Assembly (NCBI GenBank): GCA_002269645.1
Contig: NIVC01000041.1
Coordinates: 598,668 to 662,667, forward strand
Direction of reading: 5' to 3'
From: Macrostomum lignano
Taxonomy: Eukaryota
Length of the DNA stretch: 64,000 nucleotides
Shown here: piece after piece, positions 21,301 through 44,829 of the stretch
Layout: every line of letters starts with the position of its first letter
Numbering within the stretch: the stretch's first letter is position 1
Notes under the pieces: generated by a model
What the model was told of the DNA's origin: nothing
Database searches by the model: none
Seen by the model: the letters and a program-made list of their open reading frames with translations, nothing else
Translations under genes and position numbers: made by a program

Positions 21301-24300
21301 TAAACTGCTGTAGGCTTGCTAGTTGGTCATAGAATTTTTCCTTAGAGATGGGCTGCTTATATTCCTTGCCAAATACATGAATGGAGTTTAACATGTCGGA
21401 TACACTGTCAACCTCATCAGCAAACTCGGCTGTCTGTAGAGCTTACTTAGGCATCTCTTGGTGATGAACAAGAATTTTAATCCTACTGGCATTCGAGTGG
21501 CTTGAGCAGCCAACAAGACTTTCATCTTCTAGGCCATTTGCAAATTGAAATGGGTGTCATCTAACTTGTTTGCCAATTTCAGATGAAGACTGCTGTCTAT
21601 ATTATAGAAGCAGACAATGTGTTGCCACTGAGCCACCTTACAACCATCAAATTCGATATTGTTTTTGATGAGAGCGTTTCTCAAACTTTTTAGACAATGG
21701 GGCACATCAATGAAAACGTAAACTGCTTCCTTTGTAATTGGATGGCACAGGAATGGTCTTTCTGGACTGTTTTGATAAGTATGCTCACTGTGTTGTTTCC
21801 TGATCTGCAAAAATAGTGACAACTCGAATTCCTGCATTATGACTGGCTGTCAAGCACTCGTTAATGGCGTTTTCAAATCCTTCCTGACACTGGGGATCTG
21901 TAAACCGGATAATAAGCAATAGTTTGTCTCCAGTCTCGTCTAACACCTTGCAGTACACCAACTACAGCTTCGTTCACAACTGGAGGAAAACACTTGCCAC
22001 TGCCTCTGGTCTGCTTAGTTGCAGGGTCAAAGCAAACAATCTCGTCGCAGTGCTGGTCATATCGAATTGATGAAGACAGACTTATGCCATCAAAACAGTG
22101 TAGCGATGCGTTCATGGTCAGGTGCTGTAGTATTTTCTCAGACAAGGAGCGCATGGTCATGCTGCATACACCAGTAGTGCTGAAGAACAGCCGAGTCCGC
22201 CTCTTGATCAAAGATTCCGACGGAATCGTCAAATTCCAGTTGCTTCTTAGCAATCAATAAGCAGCTGGACTCTTGTGCCGCAGTTGTATCACCGATGATA
22301 TGTCTCGGTTGGACCATCGCATGCCATGATAGTGTCTGGGCTCGTGCTAGATGAAGCTGAAGCTTATTTATCGTCGCTTGATGGTTGCAGAGTTGCTTTT
22401 GCAGCTTTTTTACTTGACTGGATTGGAGCGAAAATCACAGTCGCAGCGCTCGATCTCTGTTGATGCATGTAGCTGTCACATCAGGTGCCCGCTTCGAAGT
22501 GCCTGGAGCAGCTGCAGTGTCCTCCTCAGCATCCCACCTTGTTAGAACAGGCGGATATAGTTTGTCAGCGTCTGCATCAGTCCTTGTTATCTCCAGCTCG
22601 CTTTCAAGCTTTAGCCGGGGCAGTACTAGCAGCTTGTTTGGTACTGCACTGCATTCCATAGCAATCGAGTAGATGCCTCATGCCGCAGTGTGGGGCAGCT
22701 GTAATCTGAATCGTCGAAATGTGCACTGCAGACTTTCAACTCGCGCTTTCGAATCGCTGTAAGCTCTAAATCCAGCTCCAGAATTCCTTTCTATCGAGTA
22801 GCCACCGCGTCATCTGCAGGGAATCTGTACATTCGCACTGGAGTTCCAATATCACCTGTGTATGCTTGTGTTGTGTTTGTGCAAGTGGCTGCACAGCACT
22901 TTTTGAGCTAAATATAGAAGTTTGCGTGGCCATGACCTAGCCTAAAGTCAGGAATGTATACTTTAGAAGATTGTACATATGGTTGAAAACTTCTTTTCCG
23001 ATTGATTTCGTTTTAGTCACTGATAAGAATGTTTCTTATGATTTGCATTTACACTACCGTCCTAAGAGTAGTATCATTTTTGGTCCCCACATCGAGATAG
23101 GGAGTGACCTATCTAGTTATATAGTATCTGTGGTAAAAACCTAAAAAAGCCACAAAAAACATAAAATAACTTGTATATCAGTGTAAGAAACCTGGACTTG
23201 GGATCATACCTGTACAAAGTTCATGTCTAACTTTCTAAATACATGTGTGTTTTCGGTGTATTTTACTTGTGTAACTAAATTTTCCTAATCCTTACTAAAT
23301 CATTAACTGAATTCCAATGTAAAAAACTGGGAAATCGGTCTGAAAAGACTGGCTATTAATAATAATGGATAAAAATGTTCCTTACTTTTTCCTCATGAGC
23401 AGGAGATCCGTCACGACAATCTTGATGGCATCGATCGCTCAGTGTCAGGCTGCTATACCCATCTGCTGTTACGCTGTCGCACTTTGTCAGCCTACGCGGT
23501 GACCATCCCAGGCGACAAGCTCGGCCAAGATGTCTATCAGTCTCTGCGCAGCCTGTCCGACTTGCTCACCAGTCGTCGAGCTGTTGAACAGCGTCTCTGC
23601 TTTCAGTTTGTCTTCCGCCTGCCCGGCTGTGCCAACGGTTGGGAAAAGTACAATTTAAATCGGCCTAGCAGCCTGCCGGACACTTGCGATCCGACTGATT
23701 GGCGGCTTAGCCTAGCCAATGCCGGTCAGAAATTGTGTCCAGGATATCCGGACAGTCTAATTGTGCCGGCCAGAGTGTCCGACAGTCAGTTGGCCGAGTC
23801 TGCCAAGCATCGGATTGGCGGCCGACTGCCAGTGCTGGCCTATCTGCACCCGGCTAGTCGGCGTTTCTTATTGGTTGGCGCCGGCGTTGCCAATGACAAC
23901 AAACGGTGCCCGGCCGATTTGGCCGTTCTGGCCGCAGCTCTGGATATCAGTTGCCGGCTAGCAGGTGGACAGCGCCTGTTTGGCTGTTTGGTTGACACGA
24001 GATCAGCTAAGGCGGCTAAGGCTGAAGGTGATTCCGGGCGATTGCGTCTGGCTGTGCTTTGGCTGGGATTATTGGCTGGCTGCCTTAGTTACCTGTATTT
24101 GCTCTCTTTAAGCTGTAATGTATCGTTGGTTCTGTTATGGATGCTGTAATGCCTCCTATGTTTCCAATATAAATAGGTTAAACAAATCGTGCTTGATTAC
24201 ATTATACTCTAACACTTGCCTCTCCTAGGTGGCATCGAGCCGCCACAGCACTACAACCAGTGGCGCGCCCGCTACCTGGACCTGCCCCCAGTCGGCGATC

Positions 24301-25466
24301 TGCTGACCTCTCTCTGCCGCCTCGTCGGTTCGTTGGCCGCCGAATCGCTGGACGCCGGGCTCCCGCGACAATTCAAAAAGTCCGAGTCCAGCAGCGGAGG
24401 CGGCAGTGGCGCCGGATCTGCAAGCAGCGGCACGCCGCACTGGATGGACGCGTTGCAGCGAACCCTTGACGCTGCCAACCAGCTGGCCGGCCTATTGGAC
24501 GGGCCAGCCGCTCGCGAATTTGCCTGCGTGTTTTTGCACGGCCGAACTGGCCGCGACTACAGCCTGCTGCTGGCCGCCCTGGTGCAGGTCATGCTGTGCC
24601 CGCTGGCTAGGCAGTTCGACGGCTTCTTGGTAGGCTATTGGCGACAGCTTGAAAGCTTTTAAGCCTCGCCAATCCCCCAGTGTACACAGGTCATTTAGAC
24701 CTAGACCTCACCCATCCCAAATGTACACACAGGCCATTTTAGACTCAGCCCTCACCTGATCGCAAAGCACATTCCTCAGGTGTGTGCATTATAAAAGCGC
24801 ACAATCGGTGACTCTATTCTGAATTTAACCCTCTTTGCTTCCCTGCCCGCCGCGTCACAGGCCGTCATTGACCGCGCATTCGTGCAGTTCAGCCACCCGT
24901 TCCACCGCCGCTGCGCCCGCTCGGCTCTCTACAGCCTCCAGCCGCAGCAGCAGCAGTCCTCTCAACAGCAGCAACAGCAACAGCAGCAATTGCTGCAACA
25001 ACAACAGCTAGCAGAGTCTGCCCCAGTCTTCCTGCTCTTCCTAGACTGCTGCCGCTGCCTGTGCCGTCAGTATCCGGCCGCGTTCGAGTTCAGCGAAGAC
25101 CTGCTAATCAGCCTGGCTGAGAATGCCTACTGCTCAAACTATGGCACCTTCTTATTTGACGATTGCGCCAGCCGTGCGCGCCTGCAGGCCGCCGAGTCCA
25201 CGGTGTCGCTCTGGTCGCATTTCGACCAGCCATCGATTCGATCTTATTTGATTAATCCCCTGTACAACCTGCGACGGCCTGCGTCGCAGGCTGTTCTGCT
25301 GGCCGACACCCGGCCGGCCGAGTTGACGCCCTGGACGGAGCTCTATTTGGGTGCCGTGTGCTGTCCTCTGGCCGAGGCGCCGCCACCCAGGGAACGATTG
25401 GCCGCTAGACTGGCCGATTCTTTGCAACGCGAACGAGAATTGGAGGAGCGGCTGGCTCGATTGTGA
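15368..25466 (+). CDS. MTMR9: Myotubularin-related protein 9-like pseudophosphatase, 4 exons (15368-15508, 23403-24027, 24229-24629, 24861-25466), 590 aa
   Basis: Exon 1 MELQEHVLVTRVDNV resembles the MTMR9 start. Motifs CPGYP, GGRLPVLAY, GGGIEPPQHYNQWR, VFLHGRTGRDYS (no catalytic Cys), HPFHRRCARSA, APVFLLFLDC, YGTFL, NPLY; C-terminal coiled coil. All junctions GT-AG and phase-consistent. Confidence 0.9.
16308..16740. mobile_element. MITE, 433 bp, TIR CCATAG(CT/TC)GGGAAGGTGGCA, 8-bp TSD
   Basis: 20-bp TIRs with 2 mismatches; TSD TTGTTTTC at 16300-16307 and 16741-16748; multiple GGYGCACA subterminal motifs. Confidence 0.85.
17216..17570. repeat. Two-copy tandem duplication of ~178 bp
   Basis: cagatgcttactgtatgctcattaagcgac at 17231 and 17409, with continued high identity. 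Confidence 0.85.
18054..19385 (+). mobile_element. Full-length mariner element, 1332 bp, irritans/Hsmar2-like TIRs
   Basis: 28-bp TIRs CGAGGGG(C/T)ATTCAAAAAGTTTTGGCAAC with 1 mismatch; TA TSD on both sides. Confidence 0.96.
18244..19311 (+). CDS. Mariner transposase, DD34D, 355 aa, uninterrupted
   Basis: N-terminal HTH region, WVPHQL, TGDEKW, HHDNA and YSPDLAPCDF; exactly 34 residues between the second and third Asp. Confidence 0.96.
   Translation: MENISSENTRFYIFMRAQLGENATKIHADLAQVIGDQAPSYRTVARWIEAFGAGRSSLCDDPRSGRPSTAVTKSNIDTVQSLVAEDPNISVAMLSQTLDISEGSVFTILNEQLGLRKITARWVPHQLTEEQRQERVRCSQEFLRCFGSGGTKRLSDIVTGDEKWFYYFQVPNKSQNKVWIGADEERPTVLQSAFCSRKQMFVVFFSICGPVAVVMVPKGQNVNASFYTSTALPAVVDFVRQNQRTRLESGRIHLHHDNASSHTAAMTSAFLEENRLKTVRHPPYSPDLAPCDFWAFPKLTERLAGCQFQRPQDLARAINSELRAFTESEYRGAFDSWLRRHQKCIERGRDYIEGL
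20560..22900 (-). pseudogene. Decayed THAP9/P-element-like transposase
   Basis: THAP domain KCCAATC...YRFP...VCSAHF with TAG at the conserved Trp position. Also HGMRW...SPAAY*LLRS, CFDGISL...YDQ, NEAVV...WRQTIAYY, FIDVPHCLKSLRNAL, KMKVLLAAQ, and TRRLTQDHVE|NLFS across intron 21119-20831. Multiple stops and frameshifts. Confidence 0.85.
23090..23132 (-). mobile_element. Probable 5' terminus of the P-like element (CACAGATACTATATAACTAGATAGG)
   Basis: CA-starting terminus about 230 bp upstream of the THAP ORF, with hairpin GATAGG-N6-CCTATC. No matching opposite end or TSD found. Confidence 0.4.
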
Positions 25467-25596
25467 GCCCTTTTTAATTTAATATGCGCGTCTGTCTACT
25501 AGCATAAGTAGTGTGATTTTCAATTGAGGCTTATTGTGTTTAGAGCTTGAGTCTTTCCTGTCGCTTCTCCGGTGGGGTTGCTGCTACACTTTCCTT

Positions 25597-26400
25597 TAGA
25601 TCGGCTCCTGATACCCTCCTTGATTGGCTCCTGATACCCTCCTTTTATCGGCTCCTGATACCCTCCTTGATTGGCTCCTGATACCCTCCTTTGATTGGCT
25701 CCTGATACCCTCCTTTGATTGGCTCCTGATACCCTCCTTTGATTGGCTCCTGATACCCCTCCTTGATTGGCTCCTGATACCCTCCTTGATTGGCTCCTGA
25801 TACCCTCCTTTGATTGGCTCCTGATACCCTCCTTGATTGGCTCCTGATACCCTCCTTTGATTGGCTCCTGATACCCCTCCTTGATTGGCTCCTGATACCC
25901 TCCTTGATTGGCTCCTGATACCCTCCTTGATTGGCTCCTGATACCCTCCTTTGATTGGCTCCTGATACCCTCCTTGATTGGCTCCTGATACCCTCCTTGA
26001 TTGGCTCCTGATACCCCTCCTTGATTGGCTCCTGATACCCTCCTTGATTGGCTGCTGATACCCTCCTTTGATTGGCTCCTGATACCTTCCTTGATTGGCT
26101 GCTGATGCCCTCCTTTGATTGGCTCCTGATACCTTCCTTGATTGGCTCATGATACCCTCCTTGATTGGCTCCTGATACCCTCCTTTGATTGGCTCCTGAT
26201 ACCCTCCTTGATTGGCTGCTGATACCCTCCTTTGATTGGCTCCTGATACCTTCCTTGATTTCGCTCATGATACCCTCTTTTGATTGGCTGCTGATACCCT
26301 CCTTGATTGGCTGCTGATACCCTCCTTGATTGGCTGCTGATACTGATACCCTCCTTGATTGGCTGCTGATACTGACTGATACCCTCCTTGATTGGCTCAG
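25597..26400. repeat. Minisatellite, 23-25-bp unit GATTGGCTCCTGATACCCTCCTT(T), ~33 copies
   Basis: Direct reading; lies between the convergent 3' ends of MTMR9 and Nrx-IV. Confidence 0.95.
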
Positions 26401-28192
26401 CTGATACCTTCGTCGCTAGCTGATGCAGCTACTACCAATTATCCAGCACGTGTGGTTTAAAATTAACTAAAAAATTCACCTTTCAGAAAGCGGCAACAGC
26501 TTTCGGATAATTCAACTGACGGATGCGCTGCTTAACTAATTGGACAAACAACTATAGACAGACAAGCTGAACTTTAAAATTTAGCAATAAACCCATTCGC
26601 CGCTCTATACACATACAATAAGTACATTACAGAGCAAGTACATTACAGATGAATGAAAATGATCGTGATTTCCTATAAATATATAGTGTCTGATGATGAA
26701 ATTATCAAACAGTACTTACGTATTTCTATTATTCACTTGTTTCGCAAGTATATTTCTGTATTCCATGTGTCTTTTAAATAAACGAAACGAATAATTTAGT
26801 CTTGTTTAGTTTAATCAACATATCATCCGCATTTGAAGCCTGCTGTGTTCTTGACGGTCCCTCATACGGACTGTACAGCGGGCCCCAACTTTCTAATCTT
26901 CAGGCATGTACACTCTCTGAGTTAAACATCTGCCCCTGACTATATTATCCATGTAATTTAAGGTGAAATTCACAGGAAAAAACTGGAAAATTTTCACTTA
27001 AAACTGGTAAAACAACGCACGTCGCTACGGTACGTATAGCCGGTGCCCAGACTCGCACGCGCCACGTGCTCACAGCTGTGATGATGGTGATTATAATTAT
27101 TATTATGAGTAAATATAGTAAACACAGTTTATACGTAGAAAGCTGGACGATACGGAGATTAAATCAGAAGTACAGTGCAACATGAACTGGGCCATTCAAA
27201 TATATACAACTCGAAGCGGTTGTTGTTGCCGCTGCAATGAAAAAAAGAAACCTAAGCATAGTCAGCAGCGACATGTTAGAGTTTCCACCCCGGAAACCAG
27301 TTCATAACTATCTACTCTCTCCTCACCAGCCTCAGCTGAGGCCATGTGACGCAGTTGAGACGAGAATCGTGGGCGTAGTGAGTAAAGTTGACTGGTCAGC
27401 CAGATTGGATGCTCCGAATATACTGCTACTAGTAGTTTTGCTTTTCAGTACTAAATAGTAAGATAGGAGACGGCAATTAAAAAGTGGATTTAAAATATTC
27501 AGTAAAAAACGCAGTCCACACAAATTCAAGTAGTACATGCAAGGCAACTTGAGAATGGAATGTGGATTTTTCTTCTCGAATTAAATACGTATTAAAACTG
27601 AACTTATGATAGAAATATTGGGAATGCAATTAATTTTGAATTGACAGCGTCACAATGTATTGGAATATGCGCTGTCCTGATTCAATCAACTGTACTGATC
27701 ATAATTCAAGACGCATCTTAAAAAATGATTTGATCAAAACAGAGATTCTAATAATAAGAAATTTTACCTTAAAAACACACGGGAGATTCCAAGAAATAAA
27801 ATTATTAACAAAAGCTAACCCAATAAATTAATATAAGCTGTAGAACATTATTCAAAAAATTAGATTTCAAAGTGGCTATTAAAGTGCAATGTGGAGTCGG
27901 AATGTGGAAGTTTTTAAAGAAAAGGTAAAGTTCGGCCTAGTATTACAGGTAAGGTAAATTACGCTATGACTACCTGAACAGTCGCTTGTGTTTTCAGTTA
28001 GAAGCTTATTAAACTAGTCATTTCATTAGAAGCTTTCATACTACTTAATAAATAGCTTACAACAAAAACCTCTAATGATTCTGTTCCGACTGTTAAAAAT
28101 ACCCCTAAGAGTTGAAACGAAATGGAATATAATTATGTATACAAAAAAGAAACAGGTGTCAATCAGAAAGATTAGTTCTCAACAAGGAAATT

Positions 28193-41145
<12,953 letters not shown>

Positions 41146-41889
41146 CACTACCAGCTAACCATGCATGTAGTTTTCTCTTTTAGGACAAAGCAAAATTCTA
41201 TGAGATTATCAGCACCCTCGCCTTCAACTGTCCGTTACGACCGTTAAGGAAGTTGAAAGGATAAGAAAATATTTCGAAAAAAATAATGTAGGCAAGAGTA
41301 TGAATAATTACTTTATAGAAATACTTTTATTAAAAGTTATTTTATAAATTTCTAATTTATTTTTTATATTTAACGTAAAGAATACAAAATAAACTTTTCT
41401 TTTTGTTATAACTTAGTACATCAAACAAGCCGGGAACTTACTGTACTCTGAACGGGAGAATTTACAAATACAACTTAAGTAGAACGGAAATTAGGCTACG
41501 TTTCTTGGAAATTTTAGAAGACTGGTTTTACCAAAATACAGTGCACAGAATGATGGAGGTTTGATAGCAGGTAGACCTTTTTTCGTACGTTATATACGAC
41601 CTGCTTTTATTAGAGCCTTTTGTTTAGAAACTTGTATTCTGTATTAATTTTATATCCTACGACCGATGGCGATGTCGTACAAAGATGCCTAAATTTGGCT
41701 AAAAAATTAGAGATCATAAAAATGCCACAGCTCGACTCATTAGTTTTATGAATATTTTTTATCACGCTTAGCTTAATAAATTGGCCTAGCCCTAGGCCTA
41801 ATATTTTTATAGTTTTTACACTGGCTATAGGCCTACTCTATGTCTGTAGAGTGAGGCGTGAGCCTTCATAAAAGCTAAGGCTTTGCCTT

Positions 41890-43110
41890 TTGCAGTTGTT
41901 ATTTGTCCGGTGACCAGACAAATAGCCTTTTTGCTATATGTCCGGTTAAATTGCTAACACAAGTAGGCCTATCTATTTGTTTAGTGAGGAATATTTTATA
42001 TTTGGCAGTTGTTGTTTGTCTGGGACTAGACAAATAGCCTTTTTGTTATTTGTCCGGTTAAATTGCTAACACAAGTATCTAGGCCCCCCCTTATTTGTTT
42101 AGTGATGAATATTCTAGATTTTTAAGATTTTTAAAGATTTTTTCTTGTTTATTGATTAATATTTTCTTGTAGGCCTATACTAGGCCTAGTATAAGCAAAG
42201 CCTGGGTTTTTTTCATCTATAACTTGGGTACAATTTCACACCCTGTGCTAGATTTCAGGGTGCAATTTTCAAGACCAAGATGCATTGCATTGCATTGCTG
42301 CAGACAAAAACTCGTCTAACACTAATAGTGTGTTTCAAATTACTGCCTAATTCAAAGAATATAAGGTTATAGACTTAAGACATCCATAATACTAAATTGT
42401 GAAATCCACATCATATCTTTGCAAAAAATTCTAGTGTGTTTTTCGCACCCTAAGTCAAATTTCAGGGTGCAATTTTTAAGACCAAGATGCTATTTGCACC
42501 CAGGTCCCATTTGCACAAAAAACTTTGAGCAAAGCTGTTTTAATTTGGCATAGGCTCTAATTTGCTGTTATAAGACACATACTAGTATAATAACATAATA
42601 GGCCCTAATCAAGATACAAGTAAGAAGTCTTTGAAGTCTAGGAATATTTACCCTTGTAGTTTCTATGAAATAGATATTTTAGCATTATCAATTTAACCGG
42701 ATGAATAGGAAAACATGGTCATTATCCAGTAACTAGACAAATAACCGTATTGCTATTTGTCTAGTCACTAGATAAATAACAACTGTCTTTATATTTTTTA
42801 AGACCTTTTCTTGTATCCTAATTAATATTTTATATTATTATTTTATTATTATATTATTATATTATTATATTAATATTTTATTAGATTAATATTTTATATA
42901 TACTAGTACAAGCAAAAGCAGATATGTGTAATGTGCATACAATTTGGTATAATTTTGGCATAATAGGCTAATCAAGATACGAATAAGAAGTCTTTGAAGT
43001 CCAGGAGTATTCACCCTTATAGTTTCTATAAAATAGAATATCAGTTTAACTGGACAAATAACAAAATGCCTATGGCTGTTTGTCTAGTATTAACCAGATG
43101 AATAAAGAAA
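41890..43110. repeat. Degenerate direct and inverted repeat complex (foldback-like relic)
   Basis: Two ~115-bp direct copies at ~41890 and ~42005, inverted counterparts at ~42690-42790 and ~43040-43100, and other duplicated blocks in between. Confidence 0.55.
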
Positions 43111-44829
43111 CATGGCTTTTAACACATTTTAAACCTTTTTAGTCACTTTGTCTCTTTAGTAAAAGGGTGGCAGTCTATTTCTAAAAGGGTTAGAGAGATA
43201 CGTTTATCAATTTCTAATTGATATTGTATATTAGAAAGGATAACAAGTTAATTTGCCTAAAGCAAGTTGTTTTGCCAAACAAATATACAATGAGCAAATG
43301 TCAATAAGCAAATAAATAATAACATTGTTTATTTATCTTGTAGAACATTTATCCTTGTGTATATTAAATTTTTAAATTTTTAAATATTAAAATTAATCTA
43401 TATGATATGATTCTATTCATGTATTGCACCATATTGCTATGTAGTTTGATTGCCACTCCAGTATTTAGCATAGTATTCCAATAATAGAAGAATTTATATT
43501 ACTAGCTAAGTCTATGCATGTTGTTATAGTTGTAGCAAATAGCACCCTAGTTGAGCATGCATATTTTGATATAGATGAATAGACCTTTGTTGTATTGCTT
43601 ATGTAGCTATCAAATTAACTCATTAGAATTTAGATGTAAGCATTAGTAGTTATATAGGTTCAGTTGATCTTGTGCCAACCTTTAGAGTCATTGTTCTTCA
43701 TCTTGATAGCTAGCAAAAAAGGGATAAGATAGGTCCCACTTTGGCTACTATAGCAGCTCAATTGCTATATGGCCTATATGTAGCAATTGTTATGCAAAAA
43801 TTATTCTCCCTATATTTTTTATAAAATTGAAAAACTGCACTAGTAAGAAGTGTTTTATAATTGATAATGAATTGAAAATTCTTAGCAATGACAATTGAAA
43901 ATTGAACTTACGACCTTTAGCACATCAATGACTAATCATCATACCTTGATGCTAGTTGCATAATGCAAATAATCTATTAGTAAATATTAGGTTTTTGGCA
44001 AAAAGGTTTTTTGGCAAATCATCTAATATTCTTAGGAAGGTTGATTGTTATATATTAGAAGGTATAAATAACATGTTGTATATTCAATGCAAATAACACA
44101 TTCTATCTTGGGGGTACAATTTAATTTTAATAATTCTTTGCTAGAAAAAGGTTTGGATGGCAATGATAAGGTTAAATGTATATAAACAAAATACAGTATT
44201 TTGGAATTACTTTCTGTGGCCTCTGTATCCTAGTAGAGATGATATTTGAATGTTACAAAGTTTCCTTTATTTATTTTCCTGTAATGCCTACAGGAAAATG
44301 TGACATGCCAATATTTATGGTTAAATGCAAAGAAATGAAAGTATAATGAAATAAGGTTTAACACTAATCATTGATGTCTCTATTTACTTTGAATATGTTA
44401 TACTAGACAAGTAGAAAGTAAGCATCATCATAGATCTTAATTTAACAGAGAGTCTTGATTAACTGCTATTAGATAAAGATTATATTGACTAAATTGATAG
44501 ATTACAGTTTACCAAAGCAGGTTTTGATAGATTTTTGTTTCAATGGTTTTTAGTTTCACTTAAAAGGGTTTAGATAGATTTCAATTTTATGGAAAGAAAA
44601 TAGATAGACTAGTTTCATCTAGAGAATTTTAATAAACTTCAGTTCCTGTGTTTAGCTTTTTCATCTCAACTTCTGTGTCTGTTCAAAAAAATGAAAAGTA
44701 AATGAGCCTGGAATAATCCTTTTAAACTACTATAAGTAGAAATGCAAGCAAATAACAATCAAAACATTTATTTTTTATTAAATGACAATTCTGCAGCGCA
44801 GGGCCAGAGCAGAGTAAGAAGGATCGGCG

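Noticed and set aside
25596-26268. YQEPIKEG repeat ORFs
   Set aside because: Minisatellite translation downstream of the MTMR9 stop.
26685-26720. CTGATGA as a possible hammerhead ribozyme core (also at ~13923 and ~63644)
   Set aside because: No stem II followed by GAAA and no closing stems could be built.
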